This document shows, piece after piece, positions 60,492 through 64,000 of a stretch of 64,000 nucleotides of DNA. The notes under the pieces were generated by a model, which was given only the letters and a program-made list of their open reading frames with translations, did not search any database and was not told the origin of the DNA. Made by a program: the position numbers and the translations under genes. The stretch is from an uncultured Gammaproteobacteria bacterium (GTDB lineage Bacteria; Pseudomonadota; Gammaproteobacteria; Arenicellales; CALHMG01): positions 25,773 through 89,772 of the forward strand of contig CALHMG010000054.1 in the NCBI GenBank assembly GCA_938034705.1. The letters run 5' to 3'. Each line of letters starts with the position of its first letter. Within the stretch, counting starts at the first letter, position 1.

Positions 60492-60635
60492 GGCGTGCGG
60501 GATCGATCAACCGGGGTGGCGCAAACTGTACACCACAGCACCGGAAAATTCGGATGCCTGTTTTCAGTCGACCTGTAGCGAACATTCAGGCCGGCGTGGG
60601 ACAATGAGCAGATCAGCCCAAGCGATGTAACCCCT

Positions 60636-61652
60636 ATGCCCGAAGTCGTAAATCAGACCACCGAAACCAGCTTCAGCTGCGATGGCGGCGAAACCATTCT
60701 CGAAGCCGCTCTGCGTCAGGGTCACATCCTGCCTTACAGCTGCCGCAACGGCACCTGTTCCTCGTGCAAGGCCGTGCTGGTTTCCGGTGAGGTCGATGAG
60801 GGCGACGTCGATCCCGGGGCGTTAACCGATACCGAACGCGCCGCGGGAAAGGTACTGCTCTGTCAGGCCCGGCCCAAAACCGACGTCGTGATTCGCGCAC
60901 GCGAAGCCGCCGCCGCCTCGGGCATTGCCATCAAGCTGATGCCGTGTCGTGTGACCGCGATGGACAAGGTGGCTCACGACGTAATGGTCCTGAAGCTCGC
61001 GCTGCCAAAAGTTCAGACGCTGGAATTTCTTGCTGGCCAGTACATCGATATCCTGATGCGCGACGGGCGACGTCGCAGCTTTTCGATTGCGTCACGTCCG
61101 GAGCCAGGCACAGATCTGGAACTTCACATTCGTCATGTACCGGGCGGCCGATTCTCAAATCAGGTTTTTGAATCCATGAAGCCGCGAGACCTGCTGCGCT
61201 TCGAGGGACCCCTTGGGACGTTTTTTCTTCGCGAAGAAAATCCGTCGGACGTTATTCTGGTCGCCGGCGGCACCGGCTTCGCGCCGATCAAGAGCATTGT
61301 TGAAGACGCGCTTGCCAAAGACATCAAGCGACCGATGCATATTTTCTGGGGCGTGCGTGCCAAACGGGACCTTTACATGGCGGACCTGTGCCTGTCGTGG
61401 GCAGCTGAACACGAACACATCAAGTTTACGCCGGTCCTGTCCGAACCCGGGGAAGACGACGACTGGAGTGGAGCAACGGGCTTTGTGCACGAAGCGGTTG
61501 TGAACACCTATCAGGACCTTGCGTCCGTAGAAGTCTATGCCAGTGGTCCACCACCGATGATCGATGCCGCGCGCGCCAGCTTCAGCGAACACGGTCTGGG
61601 GGACGACAGCCTGTACTTTGATTCCTTTGAGTACGCCCCTGACGGGGCATAA
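60636..61652 (+). CDS. 2Fe-2S ferredoxin-fused FNR-family NAD(P)H oxidoreductase (AscD / CDP-6-deoxy-delta-3,4-glucoseen reductase-like)
   Basis: Plant-type 2Fe-2S motif CRNGTCSSC...C, FAD motif RRSFSIAS, and NAD(P) motif GGTGFAP. Confidence 0.85.
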   Translation: MPEVVNQTTETSFSCDGGETILEAALRQGHILPYSCRNGTCSSCKAVLVSGEVDEGDVDPGALTDTERAAGKVLLCQARPKTDVVIRAREAAAASGIAIKLMPCRVTAMDKVAHDVMVLKLALPKVQTLEFLAGQYIDILMRDGRRRSFSIASRPEPGTDLELHIRHVPGGRFSNQVFESMKPRDLLRFEGPLGTFFLREENPSDVILVAGGTGFAPIKSIVEDALAKDIKRPMHIFWGVRAKRDLYMADLCLSWAAEHEHIKFTPVLSEPGEDDDWSGATGFVHEAVVNTYQDLASVEVYASGPPPMIDAARASFSEHGLGDDSLYFDSFEYAPDGA

Positions 61653-61710
61653 AAAACCCGGACGATTTTCTCGAAAGCCCGAATGGGTAGCTCAGGAGAA
61701 AATGTCCGGG
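61651..61710 (-). terminator. long-stem hairpin followed by a U6 tract on the minus strand (probable hemY terminator)
   Basis: CCCGGACGATTTTCTC (61657-61672) pairs with GAGAAAATGTCCGGG (61696-61710), giving 15 bp with one bulge. The A6 run at 61651-61656 on the plus strand becomes U6 after the hairpin on the minus strand. Confidence 0.6.
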
Positions 61711-61736
61711 CAGTGGGCGACGTGACGTCGCCGCGG

Positions 61737-63035
61737 TCAGGTCTTGTCTGTTCTGTCGACCAGTTCGCCACCCACCACCGGCGGGTTCTCAAGCTCCTCT
61801 TCGACGGCAGCGACAGCCGAGTCGAGAGCGTCAGGGTCGTCTTCAGGCGCTATCAAACGCTCCAGTCCGTCCTTGTAGGTGCCCAGCGCGGCGCTCGTCT
61901 CTCCAAGCTGCTCGAGCAGTCGACCGAGTTCACGGTGAGCTTCGTTTCGCCCGCCGCTGGCAATGCTTGCTTCGAGATAGCTGCGCGCCTTGCCCCAGAT
62001 CTTGTTCTGCATGGCAAGTCGGCCAAGGGTCAGTAACAGATCGGGATCTTCACCGTGGTTCTTGGTCCAGCCTTCCGCAGTTTTCAAAGCCGCTTCGGGC
62101 TTGGATGTTCTGGCGAGGCCGTACAGGTAAACGAGATCACCGTCCCACGTTCGCTTGATACCGGTACGCAATACCTGTTCGGCTTTGTCGTGGGAACCGT
62201 TGTCGATCAGTCTGCGTGCATAACGTTCCAGAATACGAGGATCTTTTCGACGCTGAGCCTTCAGGGATTCAAACCGGCGATCAACTTCAGCGGCCTCTTC
62301 TCCCGGCGCGGCAGCCGGCAGCGCCAGCACCTGTCGATTGGCTTCGACTTCCAGTTCTTCGAGTTCGTCGACGGTCAGCGCCTTCGCGCGCTTTGCTGCA
62401 GGTAACGCACCAAGCACGGTTTCCCAGTCACCGGATTCACGCCCGACTTCCGTGAGCAGTCGCAGCACGCGGGAGTTTTTCGGAGCGAACTTCTGAACTT
62501 TCTTCAGGGTAGTCATCGACTCGTCAAGCTGTCCGGCCTGGTACTGCAGACGTGCCTTGGTCAGACCAATAGACAGTCGCTGCTTGGGCTCGGCTTCAAG
62601 CGCCTGACGAATGTAGTTGTCGCGCGAGTCAATGTCGTCGCGCTGCTGGGCGGCGTTGGCAGCGGCAAGGTAGTTGAGCATCGGCGACGGATTGTGGTCG
62701 ATGTTGTTCATCAACTGCTTTTCAGCCTTGTTCCAGTTGCCCTCGATCAGCGAGGCGTAGCCCGCAGAGGTCGATGCATGCGCTTTGGCGATGGCACGGG
62801 TCTTGTTGGCTTTTTTCAGATTCTTCGGCGCGCGTCGCAGCATGCCCAGCCATCTGAACAGCCAGTAAACCACCAGGAACAGCAGGATCAGGATGCCGAT
62901 CGCCATCACGACCGAAATCTCGACGTTATAACCGAACTGGTTGATCAGCACGTAGCCGGAATCGTGCCCACCCATCCACAGGAGGCCGATCGCAGCCGCG
63001 ATTAGAAACAGCGTTATATAGAGTAATGTTTTCAC
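61737..63035 (-). CDS. hemY: heme biosynthesis-associated TPR membrane protein HemY
   Basis: Two N-terminal TM helices, the HemY_N segment (GYVLINQFGYNVEISV), and TPR-like repeats. Overlaps the hemX stop by 4 nt. Confidence 0.88.
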   Translation of the reverse strand: MKTLLYITLFLIAAAIGLLWMGGHDSGYVLINQFGYNVEISVVMAIGILILLFLVVYWLFRWLGMLRRAPKNLKKANKTRAIAKAHASTSAGYASLIEGNWNKAEKQLMNNIDHNPSPMLNYLAAANAAQQRDDIDSRDNYIRQALEAEPKQRLSIGLTKARLQYQAGQLDESMTTLKKVQKFAPKNSRVLRLLTEVGRESGDWETVLGALPAAKRAKALTVDELEELEVEANRQVLALPAAAPGEEAAEVDRRFESLKAQRRKDPRILERYARRLIDNGSHDKAEQVLRTGIKRTWDGDLVYLYGLARTSKPEAALKTAEGWTKNHGEDPDLLLTLGRLAMQNKIWGKARSYLEASIASGGRNEAHRELGRLLEQLGETSAALGTYKDGLERLIAPEDDPDALDSAVAAVEEELENPPVVGGELVDRTDKT

Positions 63036-64000
63036 TTGGACGCTCGCTGCTTGATGACCTTGCGCAGAGCGCGCAGTGAACCCGAAATGTCGGGCAGTTC
63101 CTGAGCGACCTCGGCTGCAGCCAGGTCCTGAATCTCCTTGGCTGCGGTCTGAACCGGTGCGGCGTCCGCCACAAAGTATTCACCCAGCCATTCGCCCGCG
63201 CGCTCCAGGTTGCCCCGGTAACCATCCTGGTCGGCCTGGAGAAGTGATACCTGGGAGCTGTTGAGCAGCAGCTTCAGATTCTGGAACAGAAAAAAGCGCT
63301 GATCAGGCGACATCAACGGTGCTCGCGCTTCCTGATTACGCTGAATCTTGATGTGCGATCCGAGATCCCTGGCAACTTCGTTGCCGACGGCCTTCCACTT
63401 GTCCGCCTTGAGCCAGCCTTTGATTCCGCTGTCGTCTGCACCGTCTGCACCGTCTGCATCAGCGGGCTTGTCATCATCGGATGCCGACTTGATTCCTGCT
63501 TCCTCTTCCGGCGAACCCATCAGTCTCGGTTCCTCCTTCAGCGGCAACGAGTCCACCACGTCGTGCAGCGCTCGAACCCGTGATGCCAGCCCGGTCACGT
63601 CGATCTTCGGCAGCGCACCGAGGGCCGCCGCTTCTTTGGCAATCATTGCGCGAATGTCCGCGAGCGCGGGATCATCCATCGCGCCAACGCGTTCATCAGC
63701 CAGACCCAGAGCGGTCGAGGCCACGTCGACGTTACCGCTCAGTCGCAGCCGCGAGTTGGCGGTAGCCAGCAGATCCTCTACTTCCTTCAGCTCCATACCG
63801 CCACGGCTTTCGTCGATCTCTTCGAAGACTTTGTTGACGGATCCGGAAAGCGTTTCCATGCTGGCTTTCATTTCGCCCATCTGGCTGACGCCGTCGGCCT
63901 GCGCTTTCTGCAGCGCTGCCAGGTCCTCTGATCGGATCTTGTTGAACCCTTCGGACACTTCAGTCTTGAAGCCCGTCAGGTCTTCGCCGACCTTTTCGAT
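63032..64000 (-). CDS. hemX: HemX-like protein (annotated in many genomes as uroporphyrinogen-III C-methyltransferase), 5' end beyond the window
   Basis: The reading frame stays open to position 64000. Coiled-coil-rich sequence upstream of hemY in the hemCDXY-type order. Confidence 0.75.
   Translation of the reverse strand: MEKVGEDLTGFKTEVSEGFNKIRSEDLAALQKAQADGVSQMGEMKASMETLSGSVNKVFEEIDESRGGMELKEVEDLLATANSRLRLSGNVDVASTALGLADERVGAMDDPALADIRAMIAKEAAALGALPKIDVTGLASRVRALHDVVDSLPLKEEPRLMGSPEEEAGIKSASDDDKPADADGADGADDSGIKGWLKADKWKAVGNEVARDLGSHIKIQRNQEARAPLMSPDQRFFLFQNLKLLLNSSQVSLLQADQDGYRGNLERAGEWLGEYFVADAAPVQTAAKEIQDLAAAEVAQELPDISGSLRALRKVIKQRASK

Noticed and set aside
63425-63460. 9-nt tandem repeat (GTCTGCACC x ~3) inside hemX
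   Set aside because: It is in frame and simply encodes a short acidic DGADGADGAD low-complexity stretch within the coding sequence. No independent function is suggested.

Overview
The window reads as a GC-rich (by eye), densely packed chromosomal segment of a gammaproteobacterium with Pseudomonas/Oceanospirillales-like synteny. I call 51 protein genes. In order they are:
- an SxtK-like sORF plus a carbamoyltransferase
- gltDB
- a three-gene envelope islet
- aroBK-pilQPONM, divergent from ponA
- topA
- smg-dprA-tsaP, divergent from def-fmt-rsmB-DUF4390-ntrYX-trkAH
- a seven-gene LPS/lipid A and glycosyltransferase cluster
- argG and argF
- an orphan ABC ATPase and two hypothetical proteins
- rpoH-ftsXEY, divergent from rsmD-coaD-yfhL
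- a solitary dynamin-like GTPase
- mutM, an FNR-type reductase, hemY, and hemX (cut by the window end)

I found no rRNA, tRNA, CRISPR array, transposase, integrase or recognisable defence or toxin-antitoxin genes. Most of the window is ordinary core genome, and I cannot point to a clearly novel multi-gene system.

The best leads are modest:
- an unlisted 49-aa SxtK/DUF5989-like ORF beside a carbamoyltransferase of unknown substrate
- a DUF2064/GT2 pair embedded among lipid A late acyltransferases, opposite a GT-C/GT4 pair
- a PEGA-lipoprotein/beta-barrel islet between gltB and aroB
- lineage-specific features of the type IV pilus machine: a 960-aa PilQ with an extra AMIN-like module and a long linker, and polylysine tails on PilO and PilN
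- an NtrX-like regulator with a degenerate GAFTGA loop
- a lone dynamin-like GTPase next to 452 bp of unexplained non-coding DNA
- several structured non-coding elements: a 47-bp tandem array, CACGTG direct repeats, a 58-nt palindrome upstream of rpoH, and an SD/sORF/terminator unit upstream of topA

All family assignments rest on motif recognition by eye and on remembered family signatures. No database search was run.
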